NCBI GenBank assembly: GCA_018694835.1 | Contig: JABHOG010000015.1 | Location: forward strand, 7,362-71,361 | Direction: 5' to 3' | DNA length: 64,000 bases | DNA from: Planctomycetota bacterium | GTDB lineage: Bacteria > Planctomycetota > UBA8108 > UBA1146 | In this document: piece by piece, positions 9,531 to 18,156 of the stretch | Numbering within the stretch: position 1 is the first letter of the stretch | How the letters are laid out: the number at the start of each line of letters is the position of its first letter | Made by a program: the position numbers and the translations under genes | The notes under the pieces: model-generated | The model's database searches: none | What the model was told of the DNA's origin: nothing | Seen by the model: the letters and a program-made list of their open reading frames with translations, nothing else

Positions 9531-11276
9531 ATGAGGACCAGAGTGCGGCTATTCAGGGAACAGATCGCTCAGCGTGCCGGGGCCATCCTCGATCTCGATG
9601 CGTCCCACTTGGCGGACGCCATCTCCGACCCTCCCTCCCAGGAGCTCGGGGACCTGTCACTACCCTGCTTTCAGTTGGCAGGTCCACTGAAGAAAGCGCC
9701 CGCGGCGATCGCCACTCAACTGGCGGCAGCCCAATGGGATTTCCCCTGGATCGAAGGAGTCGACACCGCCGGGCCTTATCTCAATTTCAAACTGCGACGC
9801 GACCATTTTGCAAGACTCGCACTGGAGCGCGTTGAGCAAGGCGGGGAACAATGGGGCGCCGGTCAGAGCGGTGCCGGGAAAAGGGTACTGGTCGAGTATT
9901 CTTCTCCCAATATCGCCAAGCATCTGGCCGTTCATCACCTGCGCTCGACGATGCTTGGACAGGCGATGGCCAATTTGCTCCGCTGTGCCGGTCACGAGGT
10001 GATCAGTTGGAATCACCTGGGCGACTGGGGGACCGGCTTTGGCAAGCTTTTGGCCTGCTGGGATCAATTCCGTGACACCGACAATCTCGACGATCCTCCG
10101 CTCGAATCGCGTGAAGATCCAGTCAGCGATCTGAATGCTCTCTATGTCCAGTTCAATCAGGCGAGCGAATCGGATCCACAACTCGATTCATTGGCTCGCG
10201 ACTGGTTTCGTAAACTGGAATCGGGAGATCCACATGCGGTCGAGCGGTGGCAGAGAATCCGTTCTGTGTCGCTGGATAAGTTCGATACGATTTACCAGCG
10301 TCTGGGGGTTCACTTCGACGAAACCGTCGGTGAATCGCATTATCAGGACGCGATGCTGGAGATGGTCGATCAGTTAAAGGGCGCAGGCATCCTCGAGCAG
10401 AGTGACGGTGCGGATGTCGTGCGGCTCTCGGAGGAGATCCCTCCGATGTTGATCCGCAAACAAGACGGAGCAACCCTATATGGCACACGAGATCTGGCCA
10501 GCGCGGTTCTACGGCACCAGATGTTCCCCTTCGATCGCTGCCTCTACGTGGTCGACGCTGGGCAAGGACTTCATTTCCGTCAGGTCTTCGGTGTTTTGAA
10601 ACTACTCGGGTACAGTTGGGCGGACCAACTGGAACACGCAGAATTTGGAGTCATGCGGTTGCAGGTCGACGGCGCATGGAAGAAGGGGAAAACTCGAGGT
10701 GGCCAGGTGGTCCTGCTCGAAGACGTACTGGAGCAATCGGTCCAGCTCGCCTCCGACAAAGTTCGAGCCAAGAATCCAGATCTCGACGATGATCAGGTGG
10801 CACAGATCTCAGAGGCGGTAGGGGTCGGTGCGGTGATCTTCAGCGACATGAAATCCGCACGCCGAAAAGATGTTAACTTTGATCTGGATAAGATCCTCTC
10901 TTTTGACGGGGAGACCGGACCATACCTTCAATACACCCATGTCAGATTTTGCAGCATATTGCGCAAGGCGAGCCCACTGAAGCTGGTGAGTGGTGGTGGA
11001 GAGCGCTTGGTCGAAGCGGAAGAGTTGGTGCTGCTGAAACGAATCCTGAGATTTCCAGAGGTCATCGCGCGTGCAGCCCGGGATGCGGAACCGTCACACC
11101 TGTCGCAGTATCTGCTCGAGCTGGCGGGAGAGTTCAATACCTACTACGCACAGCACCGGGTCATCAGCGACGATGCGCAACTGAGTGGCGATCGCTTGGC
11201 ACTGGTCGAGGCGTTGCGGCGGACCCTGGGAAGAGGTCTGAAACTGCTCTGCGTACAGCCTCTTGAGCGGATGTGA
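9531..11276 (+). CDS. argS: Arginyl-tRNA synthetase
   Basis: 581 aa. Class I HIGH-like motif VEYSSPNIAKHLAVHHLRS, anticodon-binding C-domain ending ...LERM as in ArgRS. Confidence 0.95.
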   Translation: MRTRVRLFREQIAQRAGAILDLDASHLADAISDPPSQELGDLSLPCFQLAGPLKKAPAAIATQLAAAQWDFPWIEGVDTAGPYLNFKLRRDHFARLALERVEQGGEQWGAGQSGAGKRVLVEYSSPNIAKHLAVHHLRSTMLGQAMANLLRCAGHEVISWNHLGDWGTGFGKLLACWDQFRDTDNLDDPPLESREDPVSDLNALYVQFNQASESDPQLDSLARDWFRKLESGDPHAVERWQRIRSVSLDKFDTIYQRLGVHFDETVGESHYQDAMLEMVDQLKGAGILEQSDGADVVRLSEEIPPMLIRKQDGATLYGTRDLASAVLRHQMFPFDRCLYVVDAGQGLHFRQVFGVLKLLGYSWADQLEHAEFGVMRLQVDGAWKKGKTRGGQVVLLEDVLEQSVQLASDKVRAKNPDLDDDQVAQISEAVGVGAVIFSDMKSARRKDVNFDLDKILSFDGETGPYLQYTHVRFCSILRKASPLKLVSGGGERLVEAEELVLLKRILRFPEVIARAARDAEPSHLSQYLLELAGEFNTYYAQHRVISDDAQLSGDRLALVEALRRTLGRGLKLLCVQPLERM

Positions 11277-11564
11277 TCAGAGCAATTCCAGCAATTGCAG
11301 GTTGATCCATGCCAATCGACCATAGAGTTGGATCAGATTCATCCCCTCGCCGATGGTCCAGATCCACGACCAGCCGTCCTCCTGCAGGGTCATTTCATTG
11401 GGCTTTTCAGCCTCAATCGACCTCACCAGTTGCTGGTAACGGGCCAGAATCGATTCCGGGGCCGGGCGGGTTCCCTCGGTAATTAACCTATCGAGACAGT
11501 CTCGCTCCAGATCGATGGTCACTTTCATGAACTGGATCAATCGCTCTTCGGTGAGTACGGACAA
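11277..11564 (-). CDS. Hypothetical small helical protein (weak)
   Basis: 95-aa ORF convergent with argS, stops back-to-back (tgatca). ATG-initiated version starts at 11528 (83 aa). No family recognised. Confidence 0.3.
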   Translation of the reverse strand: MSVLTEERLIQFMKVTIDLERDCLDRLITEGTRPAPESILARYQQLVRSIEAEKPNEMTLQEDGWSWIWTIGEGMNLIQLYGRLAWINLQLLELL

Positions 11565-11708
11565 GTGGGCCTCCTCAGGCCCCTGTATAGTGAGCCTTCA
11601 GGTTCGGGTCAACGCTACTCCAGTCTTCTTGCCTCAAGAGGTCATGTTTTCTAGGATGTCCGGGAAAACCGGTCACCACCGATACCGGTCCAGACCACGG
11701 GAGGTCTT

Positions 11709-13337
11709 TTGGGTAACGAAGAGCCAGCAGTGATGCAGAAGATCGTGTCGCTCTGTAAGCGACGAGGTTTTCTTTTTCAGTCCAGTGAAATCTACGGCGG
11801 AATGAATGGGTGCTGGGATTACGGCCCACTCGGAGTCGAATTGAAGCGCAATGTCAAGGAAGCATGGTGGTCAGAGATGGTGACCCATCATGATGACATC
11901 TCCGTGCCTCAGGGCGCTGCGTCAGCATACGAGATGACAGGTATCGATTGCTCCATCCTGATGCATCCTCAGGTGTGGAAATGTTCCGGTCATTACGACC
12001 TGTTCCACGACATGATGATCGACTGCAAGGATTCCAAGCGGCGCTATCGCCATGATCAAGTTCGCGGTCGTTGGGCTCTGCTCGATGACAAACGAGTTTT
12101 CGTCACGGCCATCTGTGAGCCTGAAGAAGAGTCGGAAACACTGATGGCCAGGGCCCAGAAATGTTTCGGACTCCGTGCCAAGGAACGAGATAGGATCAGC
12201 TGGGATGGTGATGTCGTTTCTCTAGAGACGGTTGAAGATTTTGATCAGGTTTTTGGGCCTGACGCCAAGGAGACGGGAACCTTGACCGAGCCGCGCGAGT
12301 TCAACCTGATGTTCAAAACTCACATGGGAGCGCTCTTCGACGAAAAGAGCGTCGCGTACCTTCGCCCCGAAACTGCTCAAGGAATCTTCGTCAACTTCAA
12401 GAACGTGGTCGATTCATCCAGAGTGAGGATCCCTTTTGGGATCGCTCAGGTCGGCAAGAGTTTCAGAAATGAAATTACTCCTCGGAACTTTACCTTCAGA
12501 GTTCGAGAGTTCGAGCAGATGGAGGTGGAGTTCTTCTGCCATCCAGATTCGTCTCAGCAATGGTACCGCTACTGGCGAGATCGTAGATTGCAGTGGTACA
12601 AGGATCTTGGCCTCTCGGAAAGCCGGTTGATTCTGAGAGAGCATTCGGAGTCTGAGTTGAGCCATTACTCGACTGGAACCGCAGACATCGAATATGCGTT
12701 CCCCTTCTTACCAGAGGGCGAATACGGCGAACTTGAAGGCATCGCACATCGTGGTGACTTCGATCTCCGCAGTCACATGGAGGGCAAGTTAAACCCGGCG
12801 ACCGATCCGTTGGAGGTGGAAGTCGACGAGAGGGGCAAACCGGTCCATCGTGGTAGCGGTAAGGATCTCAGTTACCGAGATCCCGTCACCAATGATAAAT
12901 TTTTGCCGCACGTGATTGAGCCCTCGGCCGGAGCGGATCGGGCCACCTTGGCTTTCCTCTGCGAAGCCTATACCGAGGACATGGCTCCCGACGAAAAAGG
13001 TGAGATGCAAGGGAGGGTTGTCCTCAAGTTCCATCCTCGCCTGGCACCGATCAAAGCTGCTGTTCTACCGCTGGTCAAGAAGGATGGAATGCCAGAAGCG
13101 GCACAGGAGATCTACCGCGACATGAAACGAGAATTTCCTGTGTTCTATGACAACAAAGGAGCCGTCGGGCGAAGATACCGGAGAATGGACGAGGCAGGGA
13201 CTCCCTTCTGTCTCACCGTCGATGGTCAAACCCTCGAGGATGGAACGGTGACTCTCAGGGATCGCGATTCGATGAAACAAACGCGTCTTCCGGTGGAGGA
13301 AGCCAAGCAGGCCATCCGGGAAGCCATCCGTTGCTGA
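11709..13337 (+). CDS. glyQS: Glycyl-tRNA synthetase (class II, single-chain dimeric type)
   Basis: KIVSLCKRRGFLFQSSEIYGG..NGCWDYGPLG, class II motifs, C-terminal anticodon-binding domain. TTG 11709 has a GGAGG SD 5 nt upstream. Alternative ATG at 11733. Confidence 0.93.
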   Translation: MGNEEPAVMQKIVSLCKRRGFLFQSSEIYGGMNGCWDYGPLGVELKRNVKEAWWSEMVTHHDDISVPQGAASAYEMTGIDCSILMHPQVWKCSGHYDLFHDMMIDCKDSKRRYRHDQVRGRWALLDDKRVFVTAICEPEEESETLMARAQKCFGLRAKERDRISWDGDVVSLETVEDFDQVFGPDAKETGTLTEPREFNLMFKTHMGALFDEKSVAYLRPETAQGIFVNFKNVVDSSRVRIPFGIAQVGKSFRNEITPRNFTFRVREFEQMEVEFFCHPDSSQQWYRYWRDRRLQWYKDLGLSESRLILREHSESELSHYSTGTADIEYAFPFLPEGEYGELEGIAHRGDFDLRSHMEGKLNPATDPLEVEVDERGKPVHRGSGKDLSYRDPVTNDKFLPHVIEPSAGADRATLAFLCEAYTEDMAPDEKGEMQGRVVLKFHPRLAPIKAAVLPLVKKDGMPEAAQEIYRDMKREFPVFYDNKGAVGRRYRRMDEAGTPFCLTVDGQTLEDGTVTLRDRDSMKQTRLPVEEAKQAIREAIRC

Positions 13338-14680
13338 GCCCTTTCCTGGTCATCCTTCTACTTTTGCCGTTCCCTGCCGATCGAGGTCTCGACAAACTGA
13401 TCGATGAGTCCGATACCCAGGGAACCATCTCGCGTATCCAGCAGTTGGTTGCTGAGCAACAGATTCGGTCACTGTCAGTGATTGCGAATGCGATCGGCAT
13501 GGTTGAGGCCACACCTGAAGGACAATGGCACCACGTCGATCGTTATCGAGTATTCACGGGTGCCATCCGCGCTCTCACCACGTTACCCGGTCAGAAACTC
13601 GCAAAGGAAATCCCCAAGGTGATGGGGAAATGCAAGCAATGGCCTTCTCGGGTCTTCCTGCTGGAACTTTCGCTTCAATCGGATCTTGTGGATTCGGTTC
13701 AGCTGGCGCTCAAGAACGTCGATGACAGGTCTCCTCAAGTGGCACGAGTGGCGGCGCGCATTCTCGGCCATAGCCAGGAGATTGTCGCTCTCGAACCGCT
13801 GATCTCTGCGATGACTCGCTGGGAAGAAACGCGAACACGAGAAAGTGCCGCTCGTGGAGGCCGAGAAGGTCTCTCGAAGCGAGCGCGAGATCGAGCCTGG
13901 CTCTCCTGCCGAGATGCGCTGCATCGCCTCACAGGACTCTCTCTCCACGGTGCGATCCCTTACAAGAACTGGATCGCTGCTCACCGAGATGAGATCGATC
14001 CTTCGAAAGTAGATCTCGACAAAGTCGTCGAAAAATCGACGGGTGTCGGGTTGTTCGGCCTGGAGTTGACCGGCAAAAACATCGCATTCATTTTGGATGT
14101 GTCCGGATCGATGCTGGCGACAGACCCCCCGTCAGATGAAGCGATCGAGATCGCTCGTAGGAGTACTGGAGTGGGGGATAATGTCGATCAAAAACTACGG
14201 GAGTTGATGGAGAAGCGTCGTCGTATCATTCGCGCTCGTACACAATTGTGTCAGGCGATCGAGGGATTGGGTGACGAACGCCGGTTCACGGTGATTCCCT
14301 TCTCCTCCGAGGTGAATCCGTGGAGCAAGGTCCTGCTCGAATCTTCTCGCAAGAATCGTAAGTCTGCGGTTCAGTTTGTCCAGTCGCTCAAGGCGAGCGG
14401 AATTACTGTGACTGACGAGGCGCTGGCACTGGCACTTTCTGATCCCACTCTGGATACCATTTACCTGATCACGGATGGAGCTCCTACTCACATCGGGAGT
14501 CAAGGTGACCAGTTGCCGCTTGATGCAAAAGTGCTGATGAAACGAATCGTCGAGGAAACTCGTGCATTGAACCACTTACGTGGGATTCGAATCTTCACCC
14601 TCGGATTTATCGATGCCGAGGAGGATTTCTTGAAGAGACTTGCGCAAGATAACTCTGGAAAATACGTCAGAATACGCTGA
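13331..14680 (+). CDS. Secreted HEAT-repeat / von Willebrand factor A domain protein
   Basis: N-terminal hydrophobic signal-like segment and HEAT-like repeats. vWA domain with MIDAS motif IAFILDVSGSM and ...TDG. Start overlaps glyQS stop. Confidence 0.75.
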   Translation: MLSPFLVILLLLPFPADRGLDKLIDESDTQGTISRIQQLVAEQQIRSLSVIANAIGMVEATPEGQWHHVDRYRVFTGAIRALTTLPGQKLAKEIPKVMGKCKQWPSRVFLLELSLQSDLVDSVQLALKNVDDRSPQVARVAARILGHSQEIVALEPLISAMTRWEETRTRESAARGGREGLSKRARDRAWLSCRDALHRLTGLSLHGAIPYKNWIAAHRDEIDPSKVDLDKVVEKSTGVGLFGLELTGKNIAFILDVSGSMLATDPPSDEAIEIARRSTGVGDNVDQKLRELMEKRRRIIRARTQLCQAIEGLGDERRFTVIPFSSEVNPWSKVLLESSRKNRKSAVQFVQSLKASGITVTDEALALALSDPTLDTIYLITDGAPTHIGSQGDQLPLDAKVLMKRIVEETRALNHLRGIRIFTLGFIDAEEDFLKRLAQDNSGKYVRIR

Positions 14681-14699
14681 TATCGAAAGTTGGTTTTCT

Positions 14700-15986
14700 T
14701 TGTCCAGGGAAGTCGTGATAGTCGATGGTGCGAGAACTCCATTCGTCCGAGCAGGCGAGGATCTCCGCAGTGTTCCCGTCGATGAACTGGCGCGCAGTTG
14801 TACCCGAGGCCTGCTGGATCGAGTTCCGTTCGATTCCACTCATGTCGATGAACTGATTCTTGGATGTGTCGCACAGCCACCCAATTGTGCCAATCCGGCA
14901 CGTGCCGTGGCATTGCGCTCAGGACTCGATGAGAGCACACCGGCACATACCGTTTCGAGGAACTGTGCCAGTGGAATGCAGGCCATTTCCGATGCCTACG
15001 ATAGAATCCGTGTCGGTGCATCCGATACGGTGCTGGCTGGCGGAGCGGAATCGATGAGTCAGATTCCCATCCTGTTCCCTCTCTCCTTTGGCTTCAAACT
15101 CTCCTCTCTATCGCGAGCAAGAAACTTCGCCGAGAAATTGGCGGGTATCTTTCACTTCAAGTTTGCCGATCTCAAACCACGAATCGGCTTGCTCGAGGGG
15201 TTACGGGATCCGTTCAGCGGAGAAATGATGGGGGACACCGCCGAGAGACTCGCCCGTGAATGGGGCATTTCCCGAGCGGACCAGGATCTCTACGCGCTGG
15301 AGAGTCATCGGAAAGCGGTAGCGGCAGAGGAAACGCTCCAGCGAGAGATCAATGCTCTGGCGGTCCCACCGCGCCTCGACCGAGTGGTTCGACATGATGT
15401 GGGACCTCGGCCCGGTGCAAAACTTGAAAAAATGGCGCGGATGAAGCCATATTTTGACCGCAAGATGGGTTCCGTCACCATTGCCAATTCCTGTGGCATT
15501 ACAGATGGTGCAGCGATGTTGCTGCTGATGGAATCGGCGCAGGCAAAGAGCCTGGGGCTAAAACCAGTCGCACGAATTCTCGGCAGTGCATTTGTCGGCT
15601 GTGATCCCCTACGGATGGGACTGGGCCCAGTGCATGCCATGGCGGCTCTTCTCAAAGATCACGACCTGGAACTGGCTGACATCGATCGAGTTGAACTGAA
15701 TGAGGCGTTCGCGGCCCAGGTCCTGGCGTGTCAGGCGGCGCTGGCGAGTGATCAATACTCCAGAGAAGTGGGTTTTTCGAAGACTCCCGGAGCCATCGAT
15801 TCCGATCGTCTCAACGTTTTCGGCGGGGCCATCGCTCTGGGACATCCGGTCGGAGCGACCGGCGCCCGTTTGATCCTGACGCTGGCACGACAACTCCATG
15901 CGGCCGGAGGTGGTCATGGAATCGCCACCATGTGTATCGGAGGAGGTCAGGGAGGAGCAGTGCTGATCGAAGGGATCCCATCATGA
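14700..15986 (+). CDS. Acetyl-CoA C-acyltransferase (thiolase)
   Basis: EVVIVDGARTPF N-terminus, catalytic Cys in NCASGMQAI, C-terminal thiolase motifs NVFGGAIALGHPVGATGARL and CIGGGQG. Start uncertain: longest ORF from TTG 14640 overlaps vWA gene. TTG 14700 or GTG 14715 (agggaag SD) are more plausible. Confidence 0.88.
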   Translation: MSREVVIVDGARTPFVRAGEDLRSVPVDELARSCTRGLLDRVPFDSTHVDELILGCVAQPPNCANPARAVALRSGLDESTPAHTVSRNCASGMQAISDAYDRIRVGASDTVLAGGAESMSQIPILFPLSFGFKLSSLSRARNFAEKLAGIFHFKFADLKPRIGLLEGLRDPFSGEMMGDTAERLAREWGISRADQDLYALESHRKAVAAEETLQREINALAVPPRLDRVVRHDVGPRPGAKLEKMARMKPYFDRKMGSVTIANSCGITDGAAMLLLMESAQAKSLGLKPVARILGSAFVGCDPLRMGLGPVHAMAALLKDHDLELADIDRVELNEAFAAQVLACQAALASDQYSREVGFSKTPGAIDSDRLNVFGGAIALGHPVGATGARLILTLARQLHAAGGGHGIATMCIGGGQGGAVLIEGIPS

Positions 15987-18151
15987 GCCAGTGGAAATTG
16001 ATTCGTTCCTCCAGTTGGAACCAGGCAATACCTGATCCCGATCCGACCGGACGCTGGCTTCACCTCATCATCGATGCCGAGAGTAGCGCCAACGTTCTCT
16101 CACAGACGGTTCTCGAGGACCTGTCACAGCGACTGGATCAAGTCCCTGAATTCGCGGGAGTCGAGGCTCTGATCATCTCCAGCGCGAAGAACGGACACTT
16201 CATCGCCGGAGCAGATGTTAAAGCCATCGGTTCGGCCAAGAATGTCGATCAGGTCAACGATGCGTGCCGCTCGGCTCAGGACCTCTTCGGCCGTCTCAGT
16301 CGCCTTTCCATCCCTTCGATTGCGGTGATCCATGGCACATGCCTTGGCGGCGGGCTGGAACTCTCACTCGGCTGTACGGCTCGGATTGCCATCGAGGATC
16401 CGCGCACCAGAATCGGCCTGCCCGAGGTCAACCTTGGGATCATTCCTGGTTTCGGAGGGACGGTCCGGATGACCCGGCTACTTGGCCTCAGGGGTGCATT
16501 GGGTTGGATCCTCCCCGCCAGCAGGCTTCCCGCCAAGGTCGCTCATCGCAAGGGTGTGGTCGATGCATCGGTTCCGGTCGAGGGATTCCGCACGCTGTCA
16601 CTGCAGTTAATCGAAAAGATGGTGGCAGATCGTTTTCGCAAGGTGAAAGCTCAGCGAAAAAAGCGTCGCAAGGGGCTGATCTCCTACTTCCTCGATCAAA
16701 CCGCACTGGGTCGGAGCATCGTCTGTCGCCAGGCAACGAAATCAGTGCGAGCCCGTACACTCGGTCACATGCCCGCTCCAGAACGCGCCATCGAAGTGGC
16801 GCGGTTGAGTGCCCATCTCTCAGAGAAAATGGCACTGGTCGAGGAAGCCAAAGCTGTTTCGAGGCTGGCGACGGGCCCCGTTTGTCGAAATCTCGTGTCG
16901 ATCTTTCAGGATTCAGAAAGAGTGCGCCGTGGAGTCGAGGGCCAACCTGAAGGTGTGTGGCCCGATGCGAAACAACTGATTGTCCTCGGTGCCGGAGTGA
17001 TGGGATCGGGCGTAGCGACGATGGCGATCGAGAAATCGATTTCTACGCGACTGAGAGACATCTCGGAGGATGCCATCGACCAGGGGCTGAAAAAGATCGG
17101 CGATGCGGTCGATAGCCGACGAAAAAAGCGCAGGATCACCACCTATCAGCAAGCAGAGATCCTCTCGCGACTGAGTCATGGCAAGGAGTTGGTAGGCCTG
17201 GAGAGGTGTGGTGGGGTACTGGAAGCGGTAGTCGAGAGACTCGACGTCAAGCGGTCAGTCCTGGCAGAAATCGCTCCTCTACTGGCCAAGGATGCCATCT
17301 TCGCGACCAATACTTCCGCTCTCAGTGTCACCGCAATCCAGAAGGACAGTCCGGTGGCCGATCGCGTGGTGGGCCTACATTTCTTCAACCCTGTTCCCAA
17401 GATGCCACTGGTCGAAGTCATTCCTGGGGAGTTCACCGATCCTCAGGTGGTGGGAATCGCACTGTCGCTGGCTCGTAAGCTGGGGAAGTACCCTGTGATC
17501 GTCAAGGATTCACCAGGATTCCTTGTCAATCGTCTGTTGCTACCCTATTTGGATGCCGCCTCACGTTTACTGCTGAAGGGCTTGAGTGGATCGCACATCG
17601 ATGAGGTGGCTCGTGCTCACGGGCTGCCGATGGGTCCTTTTCGCCTGATGGATGAGGTGGGTCTGGACATCGGTGTCGAGGTGCAGGAAACACTACACTC
17701 CGCCTTTGGAGATCGTGCCGCATCGTCTCCCATCCTCTTGAAGATGGTCCAAAAAGGGTGGCTCGGGAAAAAATCTGGCATCGGTTTCTACCACCATCGT
17801 GGCAAGAGTTCGACCTGGAATCGTCAACTCGACCCGATGGTTCAAGCGAGTCCATCGACACTGCCTCCGGCACAAATCATCTCCAGTTTGCTCGATCCGA
17901 TGGTCGATGAAGCCGCTCGCTGCCTCGAGGAGAAAGTGGTTGCCGACGCGGGCCTACTCGACCTGGCCATGGTGATGGGGACCGGTTATCCACCACACCT
18001 CGGAGGACCTCTTCGTGCTGCCGATGCCGAAGGTCTCTCCGCCATCGAAAAGAGGCTTCGCGCAGCCCACGAGAGTGGTGCTGCACGAAGCCCCTGTAAT
18101 TTATTGGTCGATCTGGCAAGCAGGAACGAACGGTTTCATACCCATTCCTGA
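15983..18151 (+). CDS. Fatty-acid oxidation complex alpha subunit (enoyl-CoA hydratase / 3-hydroxyacyl-CoA dehydrogenase; FadB/FadJ-like)
   Basis: ATG 15983 overlaps thiolase stop (ATGA). Crotonase fold (SAKNGHFIAGADVK, GGGLELSLGC) followed by NAD-binding IVLGAGVMGSGVA and HAD domain. Confidence 0.9.
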   Translation: MSQWKLIRSSSWNQAIPDPDPTGRWLHLIIDAESSANVLSQTVLEDLSQRLDQVPEFAGVEALIISSAKNGHFIAGADVKAIGSAKNVDQVNDACRSAQDLFGRLSRLSIPSIAVIHGTCLGGGLELSLGCTARIAIEDPRTRIGLPEVNLGIIPGFGGTVRMTRLLGLRGALGWILPASRLPAKVAHRKGVVDASVPVEGFRTLSLQLIEKMVADRFRKVKAQRKKRRKGLISYFLDQTALGRSIVCRQATKSVRARTLGHMPAPERAIEVARLSAHLSEKMALVEEAKAVSRLATGPVCRNLVSIFQDSERVRRGVEGQPEGVWPDAKQLIVLGAGVMGSGVATMAIEKSISTRLRDISEDAIDQGLKKIGDAVDSRRKKRRITTYQQAEILSRLSHGKELVGLERCGGVLEAVVERLDVKRSVLAEIAPLLAKDAIFATNTSALSVTAIQKDSPVADRVVGLHFFNPVPKMPLVEVIPGEFTDPQVVGIALSLARKLGKYPVIVKDSPGFLVNRLLLPYLDAASRLLLKGLSGSHIDEVARAHGLPMGPFRLMDEVGLDIGVEVQETLHSAFGDRAASSPILLKMVQKGWLGKKSGIGFYHHRGKSSTWNRQLDPMVQASPSTLPPAQIISSLLDPMVDEAARCLEEKVVADAGLLDLAMVMGTGYPPHLGGPLRAADAEGLSAIEKRLRAAHESGAARSPCNLLVDLASRNERFHTHS

Positions 18152-18156
18152 GAGGA

